NCBI GenBank assembly: GCA_964588695.1
Contig: CAZPQK010000016.1
Span: 95-64,094 of the forward strand
Source of the DNA: an uncultured bacterium
Lineage (GTDB): Bacteria; Krumholzibacteriota; Krumholzibacteriia; WVZY01; JAKEHA01
DNA: 64,000 nt
Reading direction: 5' to 3'
Shown here: piece by piece, positions 48,196-57,929 of the stretch
Layout: each line of letters begins with the position of its first letter
Numbering within the stretch: the stretch's first letter is position 1
The notes under the pieces: generated by a model
Databases searched by the model: none
What the model was told of the DNA's origin: nothing
Seen by the model: only the letters and a program-made list of their open reading frames with translations
Program-made: the position numbers and the translations under genes

Positions 48196-51100
48196 CTACT
48201 GACTCTTGGTGTTGAACCACTCGCGCGACGGATTGCGCAGGGTGCGTTCGCTGAAAATGTTTTCGGGAACATCGAGGTTGTAGTCGATGTTGCGAAACTC
48301 AGAAACCGTCGAGCCACCGCTTCGCAGATCCGACACCTTCATCCTGGTAACCGTGGTGAATCCTTCGATCGTCTCAGTAGCCAGCACTTCGATTCGCCGG
48401 TAAACACCCTGGCCGTCGGTGTACTCCATCTTCATCGGCACAAACGTGCCTTTGTCGATCCACGCCGTCCACTCAACAAACTCGACGCTCTCCCCCGGAG
48501 CCGGTCGATTGCGCACCACAAAGTGTTCACCGGTAGTTTCAATTAACTCGTGTGTATCTGCATCCAGCCGACGTCCAGAAACATCTTCGTAGTAAAAGTG
48601 CGACCCTACAAAACTAGTTCGCTTGTCGCCGGCCGCGATTCGCTTAACCAGATCGAGGTCGGGCAGGTACAGCCAACGATCATCGTCGCCGTCGACATGC
48701 TTTTTGACCAGGAACACTGTGCCGCGAACATCGGCGGGACGGGTAAAGAGCACAGCGTAGTCCTGGTCGCCTCCGTCGGTGTGATCGCGCCGAAGCATGG
48801 TGAACACGCGCCGCCGCTCGCCACCTTTGCCGTCAGATATCGTCATTCTGACCTGGGCGCGGCCGTCTTCTCCCGCGTAGTAGGAGGCGTTATTGGCCCT
48901 GGCCACGATGGAAGCGACGTCCGGCGTTTGCGCGTGCAAGGTTCCTGCGGCGACAAGCGTAACCGCAAGCACCAGGGATGCCGAGCCCGCAATGCCACGG
49001 CGCCCGGCTTCGGTCACCAGTTCGTGTGACTGAGGTCCGGGCGGGTTGCCGCGAAACAAAAGCTTCTGCAGATTGCTCATTACACTGGGCAGTAGCATCA
49101 GCGTGACAACCGACGACACAAGCATGATGGCCGCCAGAAAAAAACCGACTGTGTTGTACGGAACCAGCGGCGACGCTAGCAACGGTAAGAACCCAACCGA
49201 AATTACAATGGCGTTGCGGGTTATAGCCCGTGCGGGTTCATTAAACATATGGCGAACCGTCTCCTTGAAGCTTTGCGTTTCTTTAAACACAGCGCGACTG
49301 CGCTCCAGAAAGTGAATGGCGAAGTCCACCGACAGCCCCAACGTCAGCGAACTTAGCACCGCGACCGGCATGTCGTAGTCTTTTCCGACCAGTCCAATCA
49401 GCCCGTAGACGAACGCGATCGTTACCGACAACGGTAGCATGGCAAGAATCGCGAACCACAAGTTGCGAAACAGAATGAGCATCATGACAAATACGATTAC
49501 AAAGCTTCCCAACAACGCATCGGACATTCCGCCGACCATACTGTCCTGCCATACGACGTTCAGGTGGGTAAGCCCCGCCCAGTCCATCGAAACACCGGCT
49601 GGTAACGGGTGCGCAGTAACGAATTCGTCAATGTGTTTGGTGACCTTGGCCATATCCTGGTTGTCGCCGCTTTTTAGCTGAACCCACACGATCGCGCCGC
49701 GATGGTCAGGCGTCGTGAAGTGCCACAAGTCGTGAGGGCGATGCGAGGACTGATAGCTGAGCAGCGTTTGCGCAACTCCAGCAGCGGTCTCGGGAATGGT
49801 GAAATGTTCATCATCGCCTTCCCGTAGTTCGCGATGGACGGTCTTTACAATGTCAACTAGCGAAGTGCTTTTGCCCACCAGTCCACTTTCCAAGAGGCCC
49901 TGCTGCACATCCGCTACGTAGTCCAGCGATTCGGGCCTCTGAAACGTTTTGAAGTTGGCCTGCGCCGATTCCAATACATTAAGGATGTTTTCCCAAACCG
50001 TTTCGTCGGCTACGTCACTGTCATCGTAGGCATCACCGGTACCGTCCAGGAGCCTTCCCATCACGTTGTAGGAACCAAGCGTAGCCACTTCCGCGGTAGC
50101 ATCGGCCCAGATCGCCTGCCAAGCGGAAGTAACCGCCGCACGGCGTTCTTGATCAACCGCACCGACCAAGGCATCGACGTCGCGACGAACTTGATTCAAC
50201 GTTTCGCCGCCGTCGGCATGGCTAAGCACCAGGTAGGCGTCATAAGTTCCGGCGAAGTGCTCGTTGAGCACACGGTCGGCTACCCGGATGCTGTGTCCGT
50301 CACGGAACCAACGCAGCGGGTTGTCGTTGATCTGAATCTTTGTAATCCCGACAACGCTTACCGCAATCACGACCGCTACCAGTCCGATAATCAGTTTGGA
50401 TCGGTTGACGACGACGGGGCCGAGCGACGCCAAAAATGACGCCAGCCGAGGGCGCCGCTCCCCCGCGTCGTGCGGCACACGAAGCGCCGCAATTCGCCGA
50501 TCGCTCAGCAAAACGATGTAGGCCGGGATAAACGTAATCGTCAGAAGAAAGGCCAGGCCGATACCGATCGCGACAAAGACGCCGAACACGCGCACCGGAG
50601 GAATCGGTGCTAGCGCCAGCGAAGCGAAACCCGCGGCAGAGGTCAGCGACGTGTACAACATCGGCTGGAACAAATCGTCCATTACCAGGCGAATAGTCTT
50701 TTTACGATCCTTAACCACCGGATACAAATCGGCAAACTCGCTGAGAATGTGGATCGAATCGACCACTGCAATTGGCATCAGGAAGATTGGTATCATCGAA
50801 CTCATGATGTGCACGGTGAACCCAGCAGAAATAAGTGCACCCATCGTGGTGGACACCGTCGCGATGGCAACAATCATTGGGGCGGTGACCAGCGCCAGGC
50901 TGCGAAAGAAAAACAACATCAGCAGGAACACAATCATGCCGGCTATCGGCGCGGACACGCCCATCTGTTTAAACATCTCGATACCAAAGGTATCTTCGGC
51001 GACGGGTAAGCCAGTTATGTGAAACTCATCGTTGCCGGCAAACTCGCCGACAAAGGTTTCGATGTCGGTAGCAACTCGATGGCTGAGACTTTTTTCTTCG

Positions 51101-51618
51101 AGCGGCACGTAGATGGCGGCAGCGCGACCGTCTTCGCTGACGAGCGTACCGTTAACAGCGGGCAGGCGTCGCGCGGCATCGCGCACGCTCAGCGCGTCCT
51201 CGTCACTTACAGGCGGCTTCGCAAGCAACCAGTCGAACCGCACGACGCCAGGCCCATCTTGGGTAATATTGTCGACACTCGCTAACGACATGACGTCGCG
51301 ACGGATCACGCCTTCGATGTTTTCGACATGGCGCGTTAGTTCGTAAATGCGTGAGAGCGACGCCGCGTTAAAAACACCGTTGGGGTGTGACTCGTTAATG
51401 ACACCTACGACCAGCATGTCGTGGAGATCAAACTGCTCCTTGGCGTGGTTGTGGAAAACCCGCGCTGGCTGGTCGCTGGGAAGCATGTTTTCGGGGTCGG
51501 TGTCGACGGTCAGGCGCGGAATCTGGGCGCCAAGCACCACGAACAAGGCTGCGGCCAGCACAATCGTCACCCTCGGGTGATGTATCGTCTTTTCAATCAA
51601 TGACTTATGGAATGACAA
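48196..51618 (-). CDS. RND-superfamily exporter (MMPL/HpnN-like, 12 TM) with a fused ~250-aa C-terminal soluble LolA/DUF1329-like domain
   Basis: Two 6-TM bundles with periplasmic loops (MMPL architecture). After the last TM and a second signal-like hydrophobic stretch (...AGSASLVLAVTLVAAGTLHAQ) comes a beta-rich domain ...WLYLPDLDLVKRIA...SHFYYEDVS...FVEWTAWIDKGTFVPMKMEYTD... Confidence 0.75.
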   Translation of the reverse strand: MSFHKSLIEKTIHHPRVTIVLAAALFVVLGAQIPRLTVDTDPENMLPSDQPARVFHNHAKEQFDLHDMLVVGVINESHPNGVFNAASLSRIYELTRHVENIEGVIRRDVMSLASVDNITQDGPGVVRFDWLLAKPPVSDEDALSVRDAARRLPAVNGTLVSEDGRAAAIYVPLEEKSLSHRVATDIETFVGEFAGNDEFHITGLPVAEDTFGIEMFKQMGVSAPIAGMIVFLLMLFFFRSLALVTAPMIVAIATVSTTMGALISAGFTVHIMSSMIPIFLMPIAVVDSIHILSEFADLYPVVKDRKKTIRLVMDDLFQPMLYTSLTSAAGFASLALAPIPPVRVFGVFVAIGIGLAFLLTITFIPAYIVLLSDRRIAALRVPHDAGERRPRLASFLASLGPVVVNRSKLIIGLVAVVIAVSVVGITKIQINDNPLRWFRDGHSIRVADRVLNEHFAGTYDAYLVLSHADGGETLNQVRRDVDALVGAVDQERRAAVTSAWQAIWADATAEVATLGSYNVMGRLLDGTGDAYDDSDVADETVWENILNVLESAQANFKTFQRPESLDYVADVQQGLLESGLVGKSTSLVDIVKTVHRELREGDDEHFTIPETAAGVAQTLLSYQSSHRPHDLWHFTTPDHRGAIVWVQLKSGDNQDMAKVTKHIDEFVTAHPLPAGVSMDWAGLTHLNVVWQDSMVGGMSDALLGSFVIVFVMMLILFRNLWFAILAMLPLSVTIAFVYGLIGLVGKDYDMPVAVLSSLTLGLSVDFAIHFLERSRAVFKETQSFKETVRHMFNEPARAITRNAIVISVGFLPLLASPLVPYNTVGFFLAAIMLVSSVVTLMLLPSVMSNLQKLLFRGNPPGPQSHELVTEAGRRGIAGSASLVLAVTLVAAGTLHAQTPDVASIVARANNASYYAGEDGRAQVRMTISDGKGGERRRVFTMLRRDHTDGGDQDYAVLFTRPADVRGTVFLVKKHVDGDDDRWLYLPDLDLVKRIAAGDKRTSFVGSHFYYEDVSGRRLDADTHELIETTGEHFVVRNRPAPGESVEFVEWTAWIDKGTFVPMKMEYTDGQGVYRRIEVLATETIEGFTTVTRMKVSDLRSGGSTVSEFRNIDYNLDVPENIFSERTLRNPSREWFNTKSQ

Positions 51619-51791
51619 AACTACTCCTCATTCTCGGGGCCTGAAAGGCCCCCGACTGGCGTTCTGGCTCTATAAGGTAAGAGACACGAGTACAATCCCA
51701 GGTTCCCGATAAACCATCGATAGAATCCCCGTTGCCGGAGTGGCGAACCTCTTCCGTCCGGCGGTGTTAGTATCAAACAGAGAGGGGTGTC

Positions 51792-52241
51792 ATGGCACTT
51801 ATATTGGAGTTCGCCATTCTGGCGGCGATCCTGGGCGCGATCGGCTTTTTGTGCGCGATTGTGTGGCGTAAGTTCCCCAGCAAGAGCTACCGCGCCGGCG
51901 TTGCGATTGCGCTTGGCGGGGCGTTTTTGTTGTTTTGGATTAACGCCGCGGTGGGAATTGTGGGCGACACAAACAACGACGCCAACATGCTATATGTTGG
52001 CGTCATCGGTTTGGGCGTTGTGGGAACCGCGATTGCCAGGCTGCGTCCAAACGGGATGGCACTGACGCTGGTCGCGATGGCGGTTGCCATGATTGCGATC
52101 GCTGGCTACGCGATGATCTCGAACACGGCAACGTCAGGACCCATTTGGCCTCGCGACGTTATCGGCGCTACCGCCTTTTTTGCCGCGCTGTTTTTGGTAT
52201 CGGCTTGGATGTTCCGCAAGTCGGAACGCGAGTTGACGTAG
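51792..52241 (+). CDS. Hypothetical 4-TM membrane protein
   Basis: Four hydrophobic helices. No family assignment. Confidence 0.45.
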   Translation: MALILEFAILAAILGAIGFLCAIVWRKFPSKSYRAGVAIALGGAFLLFWINAAVGIVGDTNNDANMLYVGVIGLGVVGTAIARLRPNGMALTLVAMAVAMIAIAGYAMISNTATSGPIWPRDVIGATAFFAALFLVSAWMFRKSERELT

Positions 52242-52259
52242 CCGCGCCGGTGGTTGCGC

Positions 52260-52448
52260 CTAGTCGAAGTCGCGATCCATTAGCGTTTTGCGGCCGTCGC
52301 TTTTGGCGTTCTCGATAGCCCGATCACACAACGCCCGAATCTTGTCAGAAAGCGCGGGCGCAACGTTGCCGGCAGTGTTCATCCCGGCCGAGGACTTCAC
52401 GTAAGCTTTCAACTTGGACACAACTACCAGAACTTCTTGTTCGCTCAT
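52260..52448 (-). CDS. Bacterial histone-fold protein (HBb / DUF1931-like singlet)
   Basis: 62 aa. MSEQEVLVVVSKLKAYVKSSAGMNTAGNVAPALSDKIRALCDRAIENAKSDGRKTLMDRDF matches the histone-fold pattern alpha1-L1-alpha2-L2-alpha3 with the AK(x)xGRKT(l/v)m..D motif of archaeal HMf and Bdellovibrio HBb-type bacterial histones. Confidence 0.65.
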   Translation of the reverse strand: MSEQEVLVVVSKLKAYVKSSAGMNTAGNVAPALSDKIRALCDRAIENAKSDGRKTLMDRDFD

Positions 52449-52617
52449 GGAAACTCCCTAGTTCAAAAAACGGATGAGGCCTCCGACAAATCTGGCCGGG
52501 ATATTACGACAGGGCATGTGTTTGTCCAACAATTTCTTAACTGCGACGATGATGTCGCGTGGGGCACCTGCCCAACCACGCCTGTAACATGCTGTTATCA
52601 CACATGTTACGATACCG

Positions 52618-53439
52618 CTAGGCGGCGTCGGGTTCCAGCATGCCAGAGATTAACTCCCGCGAAAGAATGCCTCGTGCGATGAGCTCGTCTTTGATGCGCT
52701 CGAGGACATCACTCACCAGTACCCGTTCCAGGCGGACGTCGAGCACGTAGCACTTGATCTTAAACCGCGTCAGAAACGTGCGGTCAAAGTCGTCCGCTAC
52801 CAGCACTGCGATGGGCTTTCGCAGGTACACGTAAGGCGAACTGGCCGCGGCGTCACTCGCCAGCTCTTTCACCGAGGCGACATCGACGAACGCGGGTAAT
52901 GTAAAATCGATCACCACCATCTCGTCGAGCGAACCCGAGTTAGAGTTGACGACCGCCTCGGTCATCATCATGGCGTTGGGCAGGCTGACGGTGCTATCGT
53001 CAAAAGTGCGAATATTCGTAGTTCGGATACCGATGCTTAACACTTCCCCGTAGTGCCCGCGGATTTGTACCATATCGCCCACGCGGAAAGGCTCGTCGAA
53101 CAGAATAAAAATCCCTGCCAGAATATTCCGTACAATCTCCTGCGCCGCGAGTCCCACCGCCAGGCCCGCCGACGCGGTCACCGCAAGCACGGCGTTGGCC
53201 TGCGGCTTAAAGATGAACACGATTATAAAGTAGATGGTGACCGACCACACCACTAGTCGAGCGATCGGAAACACGCGTCCAATTTGCAGTCGGTGACGGC
53301 TAAAGCGATTACTAAGTAGGGTTAGCGCCCACAACAACAATCGCAGCAATACCCAGGCAAAACCAAGCGCGAACACGGTGGCGAGTACGCGCCGGAACGA
53401 TAGAAGTTCGGTTAATGATTGAACTGCTGTGGTATCCAT
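52618..53439 (-). CDS. Mechanosensitive ion channel, MscS family
   Basis: Three TM helices then ...FDEPFRVGDMVQIRGHYGEVLSIGIRTTNIRTFDDSTVSLPNA... (MscS beta-domain signature). Confidence 0.85.
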   Translation of the reverse strand: MDTTAVQSLTELLSFRRVLATVFALGFAWVLLRLLLWALTLLSNRFSRHRLQIGRVFPIARLVVWSVTIYFIIVFIFKPQANAVLAVTASAGLAVGLAAQEIVRNILAGIFILFDEPFRVGDMVQIRGHYGEVLSIGIRTTNIRTFDDSTVSLPNAMMMTEAVVNSNSGSLDEMVVIDFTLPAFVDVASVKELASDAAASSPYVYLRKPIAVLVADDFDRTFLTRFKIKCYVLDVRLERVLVSDVLERIKDELIARGILSRELISGMLEPDAA

Positions 53440-53452
53440 AAAGCCTTCTCCT

Positions 53453-55864
53453 CTAGTAGAGGATTCTGATCGTTTCCAACGTCGTTGACAGGACGTGCCA
53501 AAAGACAGGATTAAGTCCGTAAACCTGATCGTCGGTGTTTACTTCTTCGCCGGTTTCCACTTCCCCACGTTTGATAAGATTTAGCTGCAGCAAGTAGCTC
53601 ATTACCGCACGGGTCCGACTGCGATTGACGCGAAAGATTGCCGCGTGTTCGCTTTCCGAAAGCACACCGTTGTTTAGGATCTCGGCCAGAGTAAACAAAT
53701 ACAATCTATCAAAGCGGGTGATGAACGCCGTATCCGGACGCTCCAGTTTAGACACGACAATAGTCTCGCGGTCGGTATCGGCCGACAACGACGCCAACCA
53801 ATAGAACAACGCCGAATCCATGTTGCCGCCGCTAATTTGAAACAGCGTCTCGAAATACTTCTCTTGAAGCTCCGTTTGAACCTTCTCTGAGTCGGCGGGA
53901 TGCGATAGTAACAGTTTGCGAATCTTGCGGTCGGTGACACCAACCTCCGAAAACCGAATCTGCAGCCCCGAACTACGGTGTCGGATGAGCAGACCCTCTT
54001 GCAACGTGTCGGCCGAATGAAACGACGTCTCGACGACGTGGCTAAAAAACCGGTTCACGTTTAGCAACTCGTCCATGCGTCGCCACGAGTACAACCGGAA
54101 GCTGATCACCCACAACACGCGTGCGCGCGTCGCCAGCACAAAAAACATCAGCGCTTCTATCGCGCGACGTCCGCCGATGGCGCGAAGCATGGTCAGGTGC
54201 CCGCCTTCGAGAATCATGACGCGGCGCGGTAGCTCGAGCACTTTATCGGCGAGGGCTTCCATGCTTTCAAAAGTTCCGTCCAACTCGAACCAGGCGGTGG
54301 CCGCAGCGACGAGTTCGTCGACCGTGTTGATTCGTTGTTTCAACTCGCAACGCAGCACCGGCATCGCTTCGTCGAGGTCAGACTCGAAACAGTTCAGCAA
54401 CGACGTCTTCCCGCTTCCTTCGGGGCCGATAACGGCGACGCTGGAAGGGCGCCCGGAGTTCCAACGGGTAAACACCGAACTGAGCGTTTCCAGAGCACTC
54501 TCGCGCCCGACCAGCATCTCGCGGCTTTGCAACGGTGACGACGAGAACAGGCGTCGGTAAATGGGCGGAAGGTCGCGGGTGCGCTCGGCAACGTCGGCCA
54601 TGTTGGGCAGGTCGGCAAACGCCAGTAGCGTTTCCTGCGTCTTGCGCTGCACGCCAATGACTTTGCCGATGCGTAACAGCCCGTCTTCGGCGCGAAAGTA
54701 CATGCGTCGCGAGATACGCGAGAACTTGCGCCACTGGCGATGCGCGCGGTTCGATGTAGCCTCGCGAAACTTCTCGGCCGAGTTCGCCGACCGACGCATC
54801 GCCCAGCGCATGCGGGCCGAGAACTCGTCGGTCTTTTCGACGTCCTGGCGAATCTGCTCTATCGCCGACTGCTGATACTCTTCAATCTGGGTAACGGCTT
54901 CTTCGGCAAACGCGTCAAACGGATCGGCGATTACACTTAAACGCTCGCGGGCACGCGTCAACGACCCGGTAACAATCTCGGCAACTTCGCGGGCGCGATC
55001 CTTTGGATCGATCGGCTCTTCGCCTTCGGCTGGCGGCGGCGGCTCCTGGGCGAGTTCGTCGATTGCAACATCCAGGTTGGAGCGAACGATTTGCCACGCC
55101 TCTTTCATCGCAAGCACCGCGTTGGTGTGCAACTCGGAGTAACGACTGATGACTTCCTGGTGTTTGAAGCCACTCGGATCTAGCACCACGCGGCGGGCAA
55201 CGTCTTGAGTGGGCACGTGCACCACTTCGTATTGCGACCACAGTCGAACCTTGGTGGTTAGCTGGCGTGCGCGTCGCACCAGTGAGATCCGCGACTGACC
55301 TGCGTGCTCGGTTGCCTGGGCGTGCACGTCGCAAACGCGTTCGCCACCGGGAACTGCGGGTGCGGTTCGCCGTGCCTTGATCGTCGCGGCCGACACCGGA
55401 AAACTATCAACGTTTTTAACCAGCGTCGACTGCATGTCGTTGAACAGCGGCGCAACCGTAACCACCGGCGACTGTCGCTCTAGCGTGCGCATCGGGATAA
55501 GTCGGGCGTGACGGTAGAGTCGCGCGATTTGTTTTTCTAAAAGCGAAGAGACCCGTCGGAATGCCCGCCGGTCGGGGGCGTCGCCTTCGATCAGTTCGGC
55601 AAACGTCTGGGTTAGTTTATTCTCTGCAGAGGTCAGGTCTTCGGCGGCCGATGTGGTCGCACCGCGAACGTCGGCGGCAATGCGACGCAGTCGGTCCGAG
55701 GCGCGCTGCCTTTCGCGACCAAACACGGCTTCGAGCTTGTCGATGGAACCGGATATGGCGGGACGTTGATCGCGCAAACCCAAAAAGCGATCGCGTTCGG
55801 CCCAGGTGGTAGTCGGCTGCTCTTGGGCGTTCTCTTTGGAGTTTTCTTGGGGGGTATCGGTCAT
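53453..55864 (-). CDS. Large (803 aa) AAA+/STAND-like NTPase with a ~450-aa charged coiled-coil N-terminal extension and a C-terminal winged-helix-like region
   Basis: Walker A VAVIGPEGSGKTSLL, Walker B-like RRVMILEGG, sensor region, then ~250 aa C-terminal. It lies 14 nt upstream of the MscS gene and is co-oriented with it. Confidence 0.55.
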   Translation of the reverse strand: MTDTPQENSKENAQEQPTTTWAERDRFLGLRDQRPAISGSIDKLEAVFGRERQRASDRLRRIAADVRGATTSAAEDLTSAENKLTQTFAELIEGDAPDRRAFRRVSSLLEKQIARLYRHARLIPMRTLERQSPVVTVAPLFNDMQSTLVKNVDSFPVSAATIKARRTAPAVPGGERVCDVHAQATEHAGQSRISLVRRARQLTTKVRLWSQYEVVHVPTQDVARRVVLDPSGFKHQEVISRYSELHTNAVLAMKEAWQIVRSNLDVAIDELAQEPPPPAEGEEPIDPKDRAREVAEIVTGSLTRARERLSVIADPFDAFAEEAVTQIEEYQQSAIEQIRQDVEKTDEFSARMRWAMRRSANSAEKFREATSNRAHRQWRKFSRISRRMYFRAEDGLLRIGKVIGVQRKTQETLLAFADLPNMADVAERTRDLPPIYRRLFSSSPLQSREMLVGRESALETLSSVFTRWNSGRPSSVAVIGPEGSGKTSLLNCFESDLDEAMPVLRCELKQRINTVDELVAAATAWFELDGTFESMEALADKVLELPRRVMILEGGHLTMLRAIGGRRAIEALMFFVLATRARVLWVISFRLYSWRRMDELLNVNRFFSHVVETSFHSADTLQEGLLIRHRSSGLQIRFSEVGVTDRKIRKLLLSHPADSEKVQTELQEKYFETLFQISGGNMDSALFYWLASLSADTDRETIVVSKLERPDTAFITRFDRLYLFTLAEILNNGVLSESEHAAIFRVNRSRTRAVMSYLLQLNLIKRGEVETGEEVNTDDQVYGLNPVFWHVLSTTLETIRILY

Positions 55865-56039
55865 TAAAAAGGGCCCACGTCCTGGCGGCCCGAGAGGAGT
55901 TGATCGCAGGGAACCTAATCTGGCTCCGAGCCGTAAGTCTAACCAGGGAAATGCCGGAATTCCACGGCAATCTTACCGGTTAGTCGCCCTGCGATCCGGG
56001 GCACCAGCGAGGTGTAGGCGAGCCGGGACACAAGCTGGA

Positions 56040-56435
56040 CTATTCCGCTCGTTTGAGCGATTCGTACCCACCTGCAACGATGGCGTCCTTGTACCCGAAC
56101 GTTTTCAACAAGACCAACGCTTCGCGCGAATGATTGCCGTCGGCGCAATACAGCACAATCTTGCGCGACTTATCTTCGCCTAGCTCTTTCGCCCGAGTGA
56201 CAATTTCGCCGAAGGGAATATTGACGGCGCCCGAAACGTGGCCGCTTTCGAACTGTTGGGCCGAGCGTAGGTCAACGAGTAGTGCACCTTCGCGGATCGC
56301 TGTCCAGGCTCTCTGTTCGACGGACTGATCGGCGTTGTCGGAAGGTTGGCTGGAGCATCCGAGGAGGGATGCGCAAAACAGCAGTAAGAAAATCGCTCCA
56401 GGTAGCACTCGCTTGTAGTTAGGACAAGTCATCAA
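56040..56435 (-). CDS. Rhodanese-domain sulfurtransferase lipoprotein
   Basis: Lipobox LLFCASLLGCSS. ...LLVDLRSAQQFESGHVSGAVNIPFGE...IVLYCADGNHS (rhodanese active-site Cys loop). Confidence 0.8.
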   Translation of the reverse strand: MMTCPNYKRVLPGAIFLLLFCASLLGCSSQPSDNADQSVEQRAWTAIREGALLVDLRSAQQFESGHVSGAVNIPFGEIVTRAKELGEDKSRKIVLYCADGNHSREALVLLKTFGYKDAIVAGGYESLKRAE

Positions 56436-56617
56436 AGGAATTCCTTCCTGTACCGGTTATTGCAATCAACAACAAACCACCAACACCAATACCGTCGCCT
56501 ATTGTAGATGGAAAAGGCACATCGCACCACCGAGTTCCAGCGGATTGCGGCACATACTGTCCGTCCTTATACGGCTCGTGTTATGCTGGTTCGTACTACT
56601 AGTCCAAAGGGGGAGTT

Positions 56618-56848
56618 ATGACATTAGTTCTGTTGATTGCGTTCGCCATCGCTTCCAGCGCAGTGTTCTACCTGCTGTCGAGGCTGTCGGTTAGACTAGG
56701 TTGGCTGGCAATGGCCGGTGTCATGTACCTGATTCTCTCCGCGTTAGGCTTTTTACGAACCGGCGCCGGAGACCTGACGGACTGGATACACGTGGTTGTG
56801 ACCGTCGTTGCGATCGTGCTGCTTGCTTGGCATCGCAGAACCGTCTAA
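56618..56848 (+). CDS. Small 2-3 TM membrane protein
   Basis: 76 aa, hydrophobic. GGGGAG RBS. Followed by a clean terminator. Confidence 0.45.
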   Translation: MTLVLLIAFAIASSAVFYLLSRLSVRLGWLAMAGVMYLILSALGFLRTGAGDLTDWIHVVVTVVAIVLLAWHRRTV

Positions 56849-56855
56849 GCAATGA

Positions 56856-56880
56856 GGGAGCGATAGACTCGCTCCCTTTT
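56856..56880 (+). terminator. Rho-independent terminator
   Basis: GGGAGCG-atagact-CGCTCCC followed by TTTT. Confidence 0.7.
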
Positions 56881-57107
56881 CACTTTGTACAAGCGCTTGT
56901 GACGCCGCGCAAGGACCTTGAGGGTAGAACCAACTCTTTGCGCGCTTCCCCAAGTTCGGCAGACCGGGCAGGTAGCGGTTTCCACCCGTATTCTCATCGC
57001 GTGAATTGCGCCGGCAGCGGCCCTACGCCTTCGATGATTGGGGGGTTCCCTAAGTTAGGGTAGTGTGGTAAGTTACCGGGTCTACAGAGTTTTTCCTCAT
57101 TCTTGGG

Positions 57108-57183
<76 letters not shown>

Positions 57184-57451
57184 TATTTTTCAACAGCTAA
57201 GCGCAGTCCTGTCGGTGACACTTGTTAGGCGTGTCGCTCCAGTGTCTCCCCGGTCGGAGTTAACAAGTTTCGATATGCCCTCGGGCAAACCGCAGAAACA
57301 CCATCAGCTGACCACAGTCGAACGCCAAAAAATCTTTCATGTCGTTGTTAGTCATGAGGATAGGGCGTCACGCCTATCTGGAAATCGAAGCTTTTTGTAT
57401 ACTCGCGGTGAGCAGTTACTTGTGGCCCCCTAAGCACCGGAGGTTAGCGCC

Positions 57452-57907
57452 GTGAAGTGGTTTGTGTTCCTCGTTGTTGTCTTCGGATCCTGGTGCCCTA
57501 GTTTCGCGCAGACTTGCCAGTTGGAGTTTGCCGACACGGCCATTGAGACCGACGCGTCTCGGTGGTGGGGTTTGTGTGCGTCTGGCGACGTGCACGTTGC
57601 AGTCCAAGGTTTCGGCCCCTTTTCGTCGTACGCACTCGGAAACTTCTGGGGCGCCCTACCTGCTCCGGTTGAGATCATCGCGGACGCCAAGTTCACCCCG
57701 CTAAACCCGAACGTCACTTACCTGACGGTTTTCACGGCCGGGGGAGACGTATATCGCCGGCCACTAACTAGCGCTAGCGGGATACCTCAGCCGATACCTC
57801 AGTCCACTCAGCCGAACTACATTGGCAACATACTTGGATCGGAACCGGTCCCGGCAAAGCAATCTACCCTAGGTAGAATCAAAGCTGAACAGAGAGATCA
57901 CCCTTAG
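57452..57907 (+). CDS. Small secreted protein (151 aa), paralogue of the next gene
   Basis: Signal peptide MKWFVFLVVVFGSWCPSFAQ. Shares TAGGDVYRRPL / ALGNFWGALP motifs with 57930..58280. Confidence 0.45.
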   Translation: MKWFVFLVVVFGSWCPSFAQTCQLEFADTAIETDASRWWGLCASGDVHVAVQGFGPFSSYALGNFWGALPAPVEIIADAKFTPLNPNVTYLTVFTAGGDVYRRPLTSASGIPQPIPQSTQPNYIGNILGSEPVPAKQSTLGRIKAEQRDHP

Positions 57908-57929
57908 CCCCACAATCGGAGGTAAACTA

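Noticed and set aside
51625-51665. Palindrome TCGGGGCCTGAAAGGCCCCCGA just upstream of the RND exporter start
   Set aside because: Considered as a terminator, but no T-run follows on either strand and no converging gene ends here. More likely a 5'-UTR structure. Not reported as a terminator.
57215-57433. 72-aa ORF right after tRNA-Thr
   Set aside because: No RBS or signal, and its product is low-complexity. It lies in the att-like spacer and is probably non-coding.
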